From Octopus sinensis (lineage: Eukaryota): a stretch of DNA of 64,000 bases. Shown here one piece after another: positions 42,129 through 55,590 of the stretch. A program made the translations under genes and the position numbers. The DNA lies in NCBI RefSeq assembly GCF_006345805.1, contig NC_043015.1:6448001-6512000 (forward strand), in the 5' to 3' direction. The notes beneath the pieces are model-generated. The model was given only the letters and a program-made list of their open reading frames with translations, made no database searches and had not been told where the DNA came from. Each line of letters begins with the position of its first letter. Within the stretch, counting starts at the first letter, position 1.

Positions 42129-42419
42129 AAAACTTAAGCTATAGTATAGCAGTATACTGAAGTTCCAGCCCCATTATTCTGTGTTGCACCAAATTTATGA
42201 GTGAAATTACATCGGTGGGAAGTGTAGAATTTCATTGGCATGTCCGTTTCAATTTTTTGTACTGGACACAATTTGTCGAAGGTTTAACAACATAATCTCG
42301 TGTGTAGGGAATGATGGTGGTGGTGTTTGTGTGTGTGTGTGTGCGCGCGTATTTAATGCAGGCTTATAAAAAATTGTGCCTCGTTCTCAAGTTTCCTACA
42401 CTAATTTCATAGGTGCTCC

Positions 42420-43106
42420 TTTCCTTACTCATATAACTCAGATAAAATAGAAAAAGGGGCCTGCTGTTGGTGAACTGTCAGATATTCTCTCTGAACCCTA
42501 CCTAGCTCTCTTTAAAAGGGACAAGAAAGCATCCAACAGTGGGTAGCCCTCATAGAAGACATGTGGTCAGTTTTACAAGATCAGATTTGATATGGAGTTA
42601 CACAACAACAGCAGCAACAACAACGACCACAGCAATAACAATAACGACAATAACAACAACAACATCAGCATACCTATAGCTAACTCGTGTACACAATGTA
42701 GGAGTTTCTAATATTAATAAATCAAACATCATATGAACCCTTTCCTTACACATATAAATAAAATAGAAAAAGGAGTGAATTGTAAGACATGCTCTCAGAC
42801 CATACCCTAACTCTCTTTAAAAAGAACAAGAAAGCATCCAACAGTGTGTAGCCCTCTTGACATCCAACGGCGTGTAGCCCCCAATGACATCCAACAGTGT
42901 GTAGCCCTCAGACGTGAGTGGTACGATGGGAATGAACGGATCATAGTTTTACAAGATCAGATTTGATCTGGAGTTACACAACTACAGCAGCAACAACAAC
43001 GACCACAGCAATAACAATAACAACAACATCAGCATACCTATACCTATAACTCGTGTACACAATGTAGGAGTTTCTAATATTAATAAATCAAACATCATAT
43101 GAACCC
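42420..43106. repeat. Tandem duplication (units 42420-42740 and 42741-43106) with an internal triplicated catccaacagtgtgtagccc motif in unit 2
   Basis: Long near-identical blocks, e.g. agttttacaagatcagatttgat...aactcgtgtacacaatgtaggagtttctaatattaataaatcaaacatcatatgaaccc in both units. Confidence 0.92.
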
Positions 43107-43667
43107 TGAACAATAAGCAGGAGTTTGGCCGTATTGATTACATGTCACTATTTTTTATCGCTTGTAGCTTGCAATAACGCTGCCGAAGGAAATCAATAAA
43201 TCAAGAATCATTAAGTTAGTACTTTATATTGATCACTTAAAAATCAGTAGGAAGGAATGACAAGTAAGTGAAGGGTCTCTTGTCCAATATTACAACGTCC
43301 GATATTACATTGCTGTTGGCTCATGAATCCTAAGACAAGCAAGGCAACGCGGTTAAAAGTTTTACTATGCAACTCCGTAGCTCTAGGTTCGAGCCGGCAG
43401 AGCGGCAGATTATTCAAGTATTTATATGATAGCTACGAACCAATACATTTTTTTCTTTAAAACTCACTTTGCAGCTACTTGGTACCAGGTTCAATCCCAC
43501 AGCGTGGTACCGTAGGCAAGTGTCTACTAATATGTTCACGAGTCCAACCAATGCCTTATGTGAGAATTTCCTGGAGGGAAACAGTGAAGAAGGTCGAAGG
43601 ACACATACACACTCTCACACACTTACACACACACACATACATACATACATACACGCATATAGATAGA

Positions 43668-43850
<183 letters not shown>

Positions 43851-44065
43851 ATAGGCAGACAGATAGGTATGAAGAGAAATTGAGAGAAGGTAAGAAAATG
43901 GGAAAGTTTTATAACTTGCAACATATGGTCTGCTAGATATAGCTGCCAGTTCGACCTCACATCAAAACTTGCTCCCTTAAAATAAAAGACAGAGAAGTCA
44001 TCTCTAAGTAATATAGCTCTAAGGCAAGGTAAGACTGTTGAGGCAGAAAATATTTGCTAGATGAC

Positions 44066-44469
44066 AGGCGTAGGAGTGGCTGTGCGGTAAGTAACTTGCT
44101 TAAGAACCACATGGTTCCGGGTTCAGTCCCACTGCGTGGCACCTTGGGCAGATGTATTCTACTATAGCCTCGGGCCGAGCAAAGCCTTGTGAGTGGATTT
44201 GGTACACGGAAACTGAAAGAAGCCCGTCGTATATATGTATATGTATATATATATATGTGTGTGAGTTTGTATGTCTATGTTTGTCCCCCCCAACATCGCT
44301 TGACAACCGATGCTGGTGTGTTTACGTCCCCGTAACCTAGCGGTTCGGCAAAAGAGACCGATAGAATAAGTACTAGGCTTACAAAGAATAAGTCCTGGGG
44401 TCGATTTGCTCGACAAAAGCGGTGCTCCAGTAATGCGACAGTCAAATGACTGAAACAAGTAAAAGAGTA
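44066..44469 (+). mobile_element. SINE family A, full length
   Basis: aggcgtaggagtggctgtgcggtaag...internal TA/TG run...gactgaaacaagtaaaagagta. Confidence 0.93.
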
Positions 44470-44904
44470 GAGTAAAGAAAGTTGTTCACGGTTAAAGTAG
44501 CAACAACGACAGTATTCCATTTGGCAACTTCTTTAGGCAAAGTGAGATTTTCTCTTATATAGTGAATCATAGTCAACATGTATTCGGCGTAATTGGACAA
44601 GATATGCGTCAGTCAATATACTTAAAAAAATAAAGAATTTATGGAGTTATTATCATTGCAGAAGTTTGAACTATATCACAAATAATGAATTAGAGATTAA
44701 CACTAGCTGCATTGCAGTTTGTTTAGCCCCAGGTAATACATTATGATCAAAATTCTTACATATATAATAGTTTCTTCTTTCAATCCTAATACATTAAGGA
44801 TTACATTATCCAATGTATTAGGGGGACGTACTACTGAAGCTTCCTTCCAGGCAAGGTGACTACAGGTGAGTTATTTAGTCTAGTGTAAACCACTGTACTG
44901 ATCA

Positions 44905-45265
44905 TTCACCGACTATGAGAAAGCTTTTGGCAGAGGTATCTCTTCCAAAATTAGTGGTAACTGCCGAAACTAGCAGCATATGGATGGCTAGAAAGAGACG
45001 TTCAAACTATGTACACGGATGAAGTGAGTAAGATGAGAGTTGATAGAGAGATGAATCTGAGTTCACCAGTCTCGGATCTCAGTCACATCGTTTTTATCGA
45101 TGTCTTCTTGACCATAACAAGAGAGTTTAAGGCCAATTGCCCATTGGTACTCTTCTAAATAGCATCGTCCTTGTAGCTGCCTTTGAATAAGAAAATGAAT
45201 TGCGGACATGGCTGCAAAATGTAGAGCCATTGGGCCTTGAAATAAAGAACAAAATGACTAACTTT
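44905..45265 (+). pseudogene. Degraded RTE-clade LINE reverse transcriptase fragment
   Basis: FTDYEKAFGR, then GWLERDVQTMYTDEVSKMRVDRE, SDLSHIVFIDVFLTITREFKANCPLVLF and IVLVAA..ELRTWLQNVEPLGLEIKNKMT; these track recalled RTE motifs F.DYEKAFD / WLVR.VQ.MY...VSKVRV / SVLSPLLF..VL..IT.EF...CPWELLYADDL / W...LE..GL..N..KT in order. Confidence 0.72.
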
Positions 45266-45924
45266 CTATACATGCCGAACATAAAACGACTAATAAAAGT
45301 ATAGTAAGATGTTTCGGGAATTAACTGCAGTATCATTATGCTGAAAACCAAGAAAAGACAATGTTACGGATAAGAGCTTCCAAAATTGCATCCTAAAATT
45401 TGATACTTGCAGAAATTTCTTTCCACACATACTCTACAGAATAAATGAAAAAGAGAGACAGAGAAAGAGTGAGAAAGAGAGAAGGCACTCTTGTGTCAAA
45501 GAAAACATTTATCTGTTCAAAGTTCTAACACAAAATATCAATGAAATTTCCATTATATCCAACAATATTGTCTTAAGGAAAGAGATGCTCATTCGATAAT
45601 ACAGTCCTTAATGTATTAGGATTGAAAGAAGAAATTATTATATCTGTAAGGCTTTTGATCATAATGTATTACCTGGGGCTAAACAACAAGAACAAAGAAA
45701 AAGCTATAGATCAAAATAGCTAGAGAATTATAAATTTACAAGAGTTCCTGATGTGGTTTAGCAACAAATCAGCCCTGATCGTGTGGGTATATGATCAAAG
45801 ACATTTTTCGCTTTTCATACCTTGGTTCTCTCTTCCCCATTTCTCTCTTCACCCTCCACTTGCCATTTCTCTTCCACTGTGTATGTATATGTGAATGTAT
45901 CTCTCTCTCCCCCCTCTCTCTCCC

Positions 45925-45998
<74 letters not shown>

Positions 45999-46856
45999 TA
46001 GATATAGATATACATATAGATAGATAGATATAGATATATGTGTGTGTATATATATGCACATACACTTATAGATATACATACATACTCAAACTTGCGTGCA
46101 CTCACACACATATATACACACCTATTTCTTTGCATGATCTTATATATATATGTATATATATATGTGTGTGTGTCTATGTATATATGTATGTTTGTATGAT
46201 TGTATGCATGTATATATGTATGCATATGTATAAGTATGTATGTGTGTATATATATAATGCTTTCATTGACCAATGATACCTTCTTTTTACTAAAAAAAAG
46301 TGGAATATGATCCAGGTGAATTTGGCTGTTATTTCTATACAGATAAAGGCATATAAGATATTACAGAAAAGTTGAGAGCGCAAGATAGGATATGAAGTGA
46401 TTTATTCCAGCGTGACTTGGCTGGTAAGCTATAATCATAAGCATTAGGTCTCAATTGCATTCCATTTTGTTTTGTAATTGCACAAGGCTATCAAAACACA
46501 CCCCCCTTAACACAAACAACGAAGTAATTTGATAATATTCTTTTTGAACTCTCTGTCAACAAATCTATTTTGCAGGAGTAATCCACTTTCCTTATTTGTA
46601 TCCTCTTTCGGCTAGGTCAACGGCTTGACCTGATTAAATATTGCATGTGACCAAGTACAGAGTAGGTTCAGAAATATTTATCTTTCAGAGAAGAGTCCCT
46701 TGAATATAAGTCTTTAGATTTTCTTTAAATTTTGCCCGTGAAAAGAGGAATCAAAAGAGGAGTCTTTCTCAACTTATTCCCACAAAGAGTTAATCTTCTC
46801 GAACATAAAATCTTCAGCTAATAAAACTCTTGCAGTTGATTGTTCGACCAACTATT

Positions 46857-46926
46857 ACAGCTACAAGCTTTATCACAGCTACAAGCTTTATCAGAGCTAC
46901 AAGCTTTATCACAGCTACAAGCTTTA
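46857..46926. repeat. 18-bp minisatellite (acagctacaagctttatc) x ~4
   Basis: Contiguous head-to-tail units with no spacers. Confidence 0.95.
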
Positions 46927-47587
46927 CTGTATTCATGTCCCAAGTATTATCAAATCATTAGCAAACCAGGTGATATGTTTAGCGGAATTTCACCCATCTT
47001 TAAATTCTGAGTTCAAATTTTGCAATGGTCAACTTTGCCTTTCATCCTTTCAGAATCAATGAAATAAGTATCAGTTGAGTACTTGAGTCAAGGTAATAGT
47101 CTTACCCTGTCTCCCTAAATGACTGGTCTTGTGCCAAAATTTGAAATTTTTAATATTATTATTATTTAACATCTCAGAGCTCTCTGTCTTACTTGCTCAA
47201 GTTGATTCTGTGAGAGCAGACAGCAACCTGTTGTCAGAAGTCTCACAGGGTCTCTCTCTGCAAATTACTATTGCATTGCAATATAAATCTGTTGGTAATT
47301 ATATGTGGATAACAATGGATAGGAAGGAGGTTATCTGGCGGAATCTTAAGCACGCTAGACTATATGGTCAGAGTCTCTGTACGTTCCAGTGAAGCTGAGG
47401 TCCAGCTTGCGCTTCATCCCAAGGTGTTGGTGAGATAAAGTAACCGTCAAATCCTGCGGTTGTTTCAATCGGATTCACCTACCACATAAAACTGCTGCAC
47501 TTGAACACAATAATCTACCAACATCTTATTCAAAAGAACGTTGTGATCCCGGTTACATAAACTCTATGGAACTCCAGTAACCGTCCT

Positions 47588-48066
<479 letters not shown>

Positions 48067-48644
48067 GAAATGCTTTCTTTCACCTATAATGCCTTAATTT
48101 TTTTCTAAGAATGTGAAATATGATTTAGGTGAATTTGGCTGTTATTTCTATATAGATATGAAAAGTATTACGAAAAACGTAGGAGCACAAAATAGGATAT
48201 GAAACATCTTATTACTACGATATGGTTTCAACCGAAGATGAAAGGTATGTTATGCCATTCATTCAAGACTGGGCAAGGAACACATACATGATAGGAAGCG
48301 ATGCGGGAATATAGAAAATAAGTTAGTGAGAGATCGAAAAGAGCAGGAATGCGGGAATAAATTCTATTAGAAATATGAGATTCAAGGCGTGAAACGGAAA
48401 GAAAAATAAAGACAAAACGAAAGGAAAATAAAGAAAAGAAAAATGAAAAAACAAATGATATATCTAAGGAAAAATAAAAGTAAACGTAGGTCTTCTTATA
48501 GAATTAGACAGAAATCTATTTAGTAGACCAATTTGATTGATAGACATGAGGGTATGCAGAACAAGACAAATTTGGTAGGATGTGATATATGTGAGATAAA
48601 TACATTTAAACATATACATACACACACATTTATGATGTGTGCAT

Positions 48645-48693
48645 GTATATATATATATATTATATATATTATATATATATATATATTATATAT

Positions 48694-48781
<88 letters not shown>

Positions 48782-48802
48782 CTATATATATATATATATT
48801 AC

Positions 48803-48852
<50 letters not shown>

Positions 48853-48858
48853 TATATA

Positions 48859-48889
<31 letters not shown>

Positions 48890-48958
48890 CATATATAATA
48901 TATATATATATATATAATATATATATATCTATATATATATATATATATTATATACATA

Positions 48959-49017
<59 letters not shown>

Positions 49018-49187
49018 CTATATATATATATATAATATATATATACATATATATATATATACATATATATATATACATATATATATATATATGTGTATAT
49101 ATATATATATATGTGTGTATATATATATATATATATAGTGTATATATATATTATATGTGTGTATATATATATATATATATTATATAT

Positions 49188-49234
<47 letters not shown>

Positions 49235-49310
49235 ATATATATATAATATATATATATATTATATATATATATAATATATATATATAATATATATATACAT
49301 ATGTATGTAT
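48645..49310. repeat. Interrupted (TA)n array
   Basis: Visible. Confidence 0.95.
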
Positions 49311-49659
49311 ATGTTCATATATGTATGTATTCTGTATGTGAATACAGAGATAGATAGATATGTATAAACACAGACACACGAACATATATAGATGCGTATG
49401 TAAGTTCGTGGGAGACAGAGGGTAACAGGAAAGGAAAGGGGTGAAATTGACATATATAATGTTAAATTTAGTCCTGTTTAATGGCAAAAGAGAAAGAGTA
49501 ACAAAAATCGCGAAAGAAGATTCTACCAATAAATTAGGAATCACTCCTGAAATAGGATATTTTATTAACGTCAACACTGGAATCTAAAATATCGATAACT
49601 TCGATACCATTTATACATACATAGATATATGTATATATATAGATGTATATATACTCTGT

Positions 49660-49905
49660 TCATTCGTTCCAGTTATTTGACTTCAGCCATGCTGGAGCAC
49701 CGCCTTTAGTCGAGTAAATCGAACCCAGGATTTATTCTTTGTAAGCATAGTACTTATTCTATCGGTGTCTTTTGCCGATCTGCTAGATTACGGGGACGTA
49801 AACACACCACCATCGTTTGTCAAGCGATTTTGGGGAAGGACAAACCCAGACACACAAGCATATACACACACACATAAATACATACATATATATACATACA
49901 TATAC

Positions 49906-49958
<53 letters not shown>

Positions 49959-50117
49959 CGACAGGCTTCTTTCAGTTTCTGTCTACCAAATCCACTCACA
50001 AGGCTTTGGTCGGCTCGAGGCTATAGTAGACGACACTTGACGTAGGTGCCAAGCAGTGGGAATGAACTCGGAACCATGTGGTTGATAAGCAAGCTACTTA
50101 CTACACAGCCGCTCCTG
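49660..50117 (-). mobile_element. SINE family A, full length with expanded internal microsatellite
   Basis: gccatgctggagcaccgcctttagtcgag...CA/TA tract 49855-49958...ggaaccatgtggttgataagcaagctacttactacacagccgctcct. Confidence 0.92.
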
Positions 50118-51459
50118 TAAATATATATATGTATGTATATATGTATATATACATATGTATATGTGTGTGTATGTGCAAAAACAGAGAAAGCTTTTGCAAT
50201 TTGCTGCACGACCAACAGAACTATTGTATTGTTATGTAAATCTGGTTCCTCGGACTAAATGCTAAGCTTCTTGTTACGTCCTCTGTTCAAATCACGTTGC
50301 GGTCTACCAAGCCTTTCGTTCTCAAGGAGTTGATAAAATCAGTAATAATCAAATTCTGGGGCTTATGTATTCGACTTAGCAGCCCTCCACTCAAAAGTAC
50401 TGATCTTGAACACAGCAGCGTACCAACGTCTTGTTCAGAAGTACATGGTGTGTTCTCGGTTAATTATATGCAAAGCAATTCCAGTAATCGGTGTGGAATT
50501 CCATTAATCGGCCATCTGACTCCTCTGGCTTGAATAAAATAATATAACTAGTAAATTTTAAGGTGAGAGACTGGGTATATGCATGCTATTAATTCTAATC
50601 AGAATTTGTGTTATAAAGCAAGACAAAGGTAGATCACCTTTTTGAACACGCAGTACATCCAAGAGGTTTACTTTTATTCCTTACCTACCCTTGTAACTCA
50701 CAATATTTGCATCAACTCGAGGTTATCTTACGAGATACCAGGCAGTGGGATCGACATATAAAATTATTGCGGAATCAGTTGCTATAATCAATGACGAAAT
50801 TAAAATCGTTTCGTGCCTAAAGCAGTATGAATGAAGTAAAGAAGTGTTAGTTGGAGTATATGTGGTGTATCCAGTAGTAGAAAATTAAAGTAAGAAGCCA
50901 TATCATCAAGTTAGAAAGTATATAAATATCAGAAGAAATAGAGAACTGCATCAATTTGCTCTCATTTCTCGAAGCACTGATGTGACTAATAATAATTTCA
51001 AAATTTGGCACAAGGCCATACATGTTGAGAATGTGACATATTTATTTCTATCTACGCCAGCACTTGACTAGCACTTCCGTTATCGACACCGTGGAAGATT
51101 GGAGGCAATAATACATGTATGTCAATGAGATGTTGCTTCTATTACCGTGAAACATCGCGCTCTAGAATATGTTCCTATTTTCGTCTATCTTCTACATTTC
51201 TCCCTATCTCCCTCACTCATTCTATTTCACTTTCTGCTTACGTATTTCTACTAGAATACAACTCAGTATTTAAACACGCACTGTTCTTTCATGATAAATC
51301 TAATCCGCTATCCGCTTTAAACCACCACAACTACCTAGCACCCGAATCCTTTTGATTAGAAGTATTTGAGCTAGGTCTCTGATATGAGAGTGTGTTCTTC
51401 CTGTTAACCTACGACGTACAGAAAGATGACAAACACTATGGGCGCAATACTTCATTTCT

Positions 51460-51875
51460 TATTTCTTTACTACCTACAAGGGGCTAAATATAGCGGGGAC
51501 AAACAGGGACAGACAAACGGATTAAGTCGATTATATTGACCCCAGTGCGTAACTGGTAGTTATTTAATCAAACCCGACACATTGAAAATGCAAAGTCGAC
51601 CTCGTCGGAATTTGAACTCAGAACGTAAAGACAGACAAAATACCTATTTCTTTACTACCCACAAGGGGCTAAACACAGAGACGACAAACAAGGAAAGACA
51701 AACGGATTAAGTCGATTATATCGACCCCAGTGCGTAACTGGTACTTAATTTATCGGCCCTGAAAGGATGAAAGGCAAAGTCGACCTCGGCGGAATTTGAA
51801 CTCAGAACGTAGCAGCAGACGAAATACCGCTTTGCATTTCGCCCGGCGCGCTAACGATTGTGCCAGCTCACCGCC
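51460..51875 (-). mobile_element. Dimeric family-B SINE (B2 tail) with 16-bp TSD
   Basis: Junction gacaaaatacc|tatttcttt (51644/51645), the same position as in the 16025 dimer; flanks gcaatacttcatttct (51444-51459) and gcaatccttcatttct (51879-51894). Confidence 0.9.
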
Positions 51876-52221
51876 TTTGCAATCCTTCATTTCTCTTAAA
51901 CAATTTAAAGGAAAATAAAAATTATGACTCATCCTATAAGAAAGGAAAATTCTCAGACTGTACCAGTTAAACATGATTCTTTGAGCCATGTTACCAAACA
52001 TGAGGCAAACATTCGTAAACAATAATTTCCTTTATCACATTGAGACTTTGTTCGTCCAACTTCAGGAATAGCAAAGACGGTTGTCACAGAGCAAGATCTC
52101 CGGTTTATATACATTCTACTATATAACTAATTAGCTGCATTTCGACCTACAGATGTACTGTGAAATCCATTATGTTGCATGAGACCCCAGTGTACAATTC
52201 AATAACGCCTGATAGAAAATA

Positions 52222-52560
52222 ATCCTTTCGATTAAAGGCATAAGGACGGAAGCTTTGGGGTGGGGGAGATTAGTCGCTTACATCAACCCCAAGATGCAAC
52301 GAAAATTTTAGGAAATAGAAATAAGAAACAATTGGAAGTTTTACTGGTGAGAGTGTGACATCATAAGGCACAAAAAGAAAATGACTCTCCCCAGACACAA
52401 CAGAATCAACCCCAGTGTTTCACTGATATTTAATTTATGGACCCCAAAAGGATGAAAGGCAATGTTGACTCCTGCGGAATTTGAACTCAGAACATAATGA
52501 CGGGTGAAATGCCGGTTAGCATTTCTCCATGCGTGCTAACTACTCTGCCTGCACGCCACC
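52222..52560 (-). mobile_element. Two degraded family-B SINE fragments (~52222-52291 tail only; ~52370-52560)
   Basis: aatcctttcgattaaaggcataaggac...; ggatgaaaggcaatgttgactcctgcggaatttgaactcagaac...gcacgccacc. Confidence 0.75.
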
Positions 52561-52578
52561 TTGGCCTGAGAGGAAATA

Positions 52579-52971
52579 ATTATTTCTACTCTAGGCACAA
52601 GGCCGTGACAATTTAGGGTGAAGGGGGCTAGTCGATTAAATCGACCCCAGTGCTAGCCGATTATATCGAATAATTTCATTGATCCCGAAAGGATGAAAGG
52701 CAAATTCGGCGGAATTTGAATTCAGAACGTGGTGACGGACGAAATACCGCAAACCATTCCGTCCAGCGTGCTGACAATTCCTTTCTACTCTATGCAAAAG
52801 GCTCGAAATTTTTGGGGAAAGGGCCAGTCGATTAGATCGACCCCGAAAGAATGAATTGCAAAGTTGACCTCGGGCGAAATGCCGGGCGAAATGCCGGGCG
52901 AAATGCCGGGCGAAATGCCGCTAAGCATTCTGTCCAGCACATCATGCTAACGATTCTGCCAGATCACCGCC
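52579..52971 (-). mobile_element. B1-type SINE dimer with 18-bp TSD, internal deletions and a 12-bp x4 expansion
   Basis: Flanks ttggcctgagaggaaata (52561-52578) and ttggcctgataagaaata (52972-52989), 16/18; monomer junction ~52780; (gggcgaaatgcc)4 at 52872-52919. Confidence 0.8.
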
Positions 52972-53904
52972 TTGGCCTGATAAGAAATAGTGCTAACGAA
53001 GTCGCACGTTTAAGGGTATCATCATTATTTCGTTTCTTTAGACATAAGCTTCCTGTCGTTTCAACGTATGATGACAGGTGTTTGTAACCTGCATTTCCAA
53101 ACCATATTTTGCAGGATATATAAACACAATTCTCTGCAACCAACATCGAATGGACTTGGTATTACAGTGTAGGCTAGGAGAGTTTGTTTTGATCCACAAA
53201 ATACAATTACGTACAAAATAGTTACATATATACATATATATATATATATCTTTATATATGTAGTCTGTCTCTATGACTGTATCATAGTGCCCTTGTTCTC
53301 ACTTTTTGTATATATGTATGTATGCATGTATGTATGTGTGGGAGGGTTGTGTGTGTGTGTCTCCTGTTTCTCTTTTTTAAATTTTGACAAAACTTTGATC
53401 CGCTACCGACTTCGTTACAAGGTCGAGAATGAAAATATATTAATTTAAGCGATATCCTTGAACTCTTAAGAGGGTCTTGCAGACTTTTACAATTCAACGT
53501 ACCATGTTTATTTCTAGAGTATAATTTAAGGATTTGCATTCTTTTCTCCAAATTTCAAATTTAGCCATACTTTGCTCTAGTCGTAGATGTATGGATGGGT
53601 GGATGGATTGATGGATGGATGAAAGGATGGATATATAATCATACTCTTATTACTGGGAATTTCACATTTGCGCAAAATACGTCCTTGATTAATTACAAAA
53701 TTTCAAGAAATAATATAATAGTTAGTGTTTTCCCTGACCCTAGTAAATTCATTTCTTGTTGACCAATGCATGACATGTCGTCGAATCCGTTGCAAACTAA
53801 AGGAATATTGACGACCTCTGTAAAGTAAGAATGGAAACACAATCCACGTCTAAAGACACCATCAAAGATAATTACTCAACTCATATGACCTCATTTTCAC
53901 AAAT

Positions 53905-55160
53905 TCAAGTTGAATATGATTGTTCAGATGCAGGGATATGTTTCTGGTGTAAAATCTCTGAATGATTCTAGTTTAACAATATGTCAGATATCGAGCAGAA
54001 AATATTATGGTCGCTTCAATATCTGAAATTTGTTGGTAAAGCGATAAAAAGAATTACATGTTTTTTTTTTCCTATATGCAACAGCCACAGTAATAATGGC
54101 TCACTTTATTAAAGAACTAAGCATCCTTGCTGATTGATTTTCCTGTTTAATTTGTACAAGGAAGGAGAATAATTTCTATTCCTTAATGATAATTGAATGT
54201 CTTCGCAGTAAATTAATCATAATTGCCTTCAATGACGCCCAGCGTGTTTTTTCGGTGCTCAATATATAATTTGATTTTTTTTATACAGAATATTTTATGT
54301 TGACTCTATACAGAATATCTTCTGTTGAGATGGTTTGGCATGCAATGTTTTCCAGGCCAGTAAGGCTGACGTTAGTGTTCTGTACATTGAAAAACTTATT
54401 TTATTTATATATAAGTGAATATTTTTTAACTTAATAGAGCAATGAATACCTCATCTACATCCTAGAAAACTCCCCGTGTATGTCACTATATTAACTTGGT
54501 TACCTTACTCTTATTACACTCTACAAATATCGAGTAGCAGATGGATTCTCAGAGTAATATGCCTCCTTGCTGAAACCGCTTTTACTAACTCTTCGATATA
54601 ACAGATGACAGCTTCATCAAAGATGTCCTTGTCTGATGCAACATCGTAAGCAACTTTAAATCATACCTACACGTTGACATTTAGGATTGTGAGAGATGGA
54701 TCTTTTATATATGTATGTAGATTTTATGTTTGGCGTTCATAGAGGTAAGTTTTTCCTGAGTTTAAGATTAGAGTTGTGTCTAGAGAACTGGCGATCGACA
54801 GGTATGTGCTTTAAGTCCTTTAAATTCTTAGTGGTATAGCTGTTTATTGACCTGTAATACTACCATCTTTGTACAACCCACAGTTATGAAGAGAAATTCG
54901 CTTTCTAAGAGTGCCAGATAACAAAAACAAAATCTACGTGTGTCTTACATCACTAACATAATAGTTCCGTCTGAAGATATGCTGCAAATGAATATTCTCG
55001 TTTGTTGACCTTGTAACTATCGGCATGTTATAGCAAGCACATTCTATTCAAGGTTACTGTCCTGATCTCGCTATCATGGAGATATCTCTCACGAACACCA
55101 CGTCTTCAGAAGACGCGACTCAGATTTAGAAAAAATAAAAGTTTACGATATCAAAGTGGT
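53905..55160 (-). pseudogene. Penelope-like retroelement ORF relic: reverse transcriptase plus GIY-YIG endonuclease
   Basis: Collinear on the minus strand across stops and frameshifts: FDIVNFY (~55155), GLYKDG (54879-54862; cf. GLYRDDG), SLDTTLILNSGK (cf. FLDVTLNLNTGK), PNIKSTYIYKRS, DVASDKDIFDEAVICYIEEL (54645-54580), NKISFSM, STEDILYRVNI..NYILSTE (54328-54245; GIY/YIG-like), K*AIITVAVAY, KTCN..NKFQIL, LLN*NHSEI. The order matches recalled Penelope ORFs. Confidence 0.75.
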
Positions 55161-55491
55161 GTCTACTGATTATTTCATTAACAATTCAGGGAAACTGCTT
55201 AAGTAACTTGTTGCGCGGGACTAATGATCTAATCACATAACATTATAATTTGGCTGTTGCATGCGCGAGACCATTTACATCATGGTGACCCAGTTACTTT
55301 CTTTTATCTGCAAGCGTTTCAAATCGTGAAGTGCTTTGATTGATGAGAAGAGTATTTACCGGTGTTCTGCAGAAATAAACACCACCCTTGACACAATTCT
55401 CGAAATAGTGTATTTGATTGCGTGGGATTTTCAAACTCGCATGAAATACCGAGTAATAACATAATGACTCATATAAATACATACTTACACT

Positions 55492-55589
<98 letters not shown>

Positions 55590-55590
<1 letters not shown>

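Noticed and set aside
46857-46926. CRISPR-like direct repeats
   Set aside because: The 18-bp units are contiguous with no spacers, in a eukaryotic context with no cas genes.
53975-54034. 60-nt hairpin with 22-nt arms
   Set aside because: It has several mismatches, is AT-rich and lies inside the Penelope relic; likely chance.
54075-54245. Enhancer-like TAAT/TGATTGAT cluster
   Set aside because: Better explained as the reverse strand of the Penelope GIY-YIG relic.
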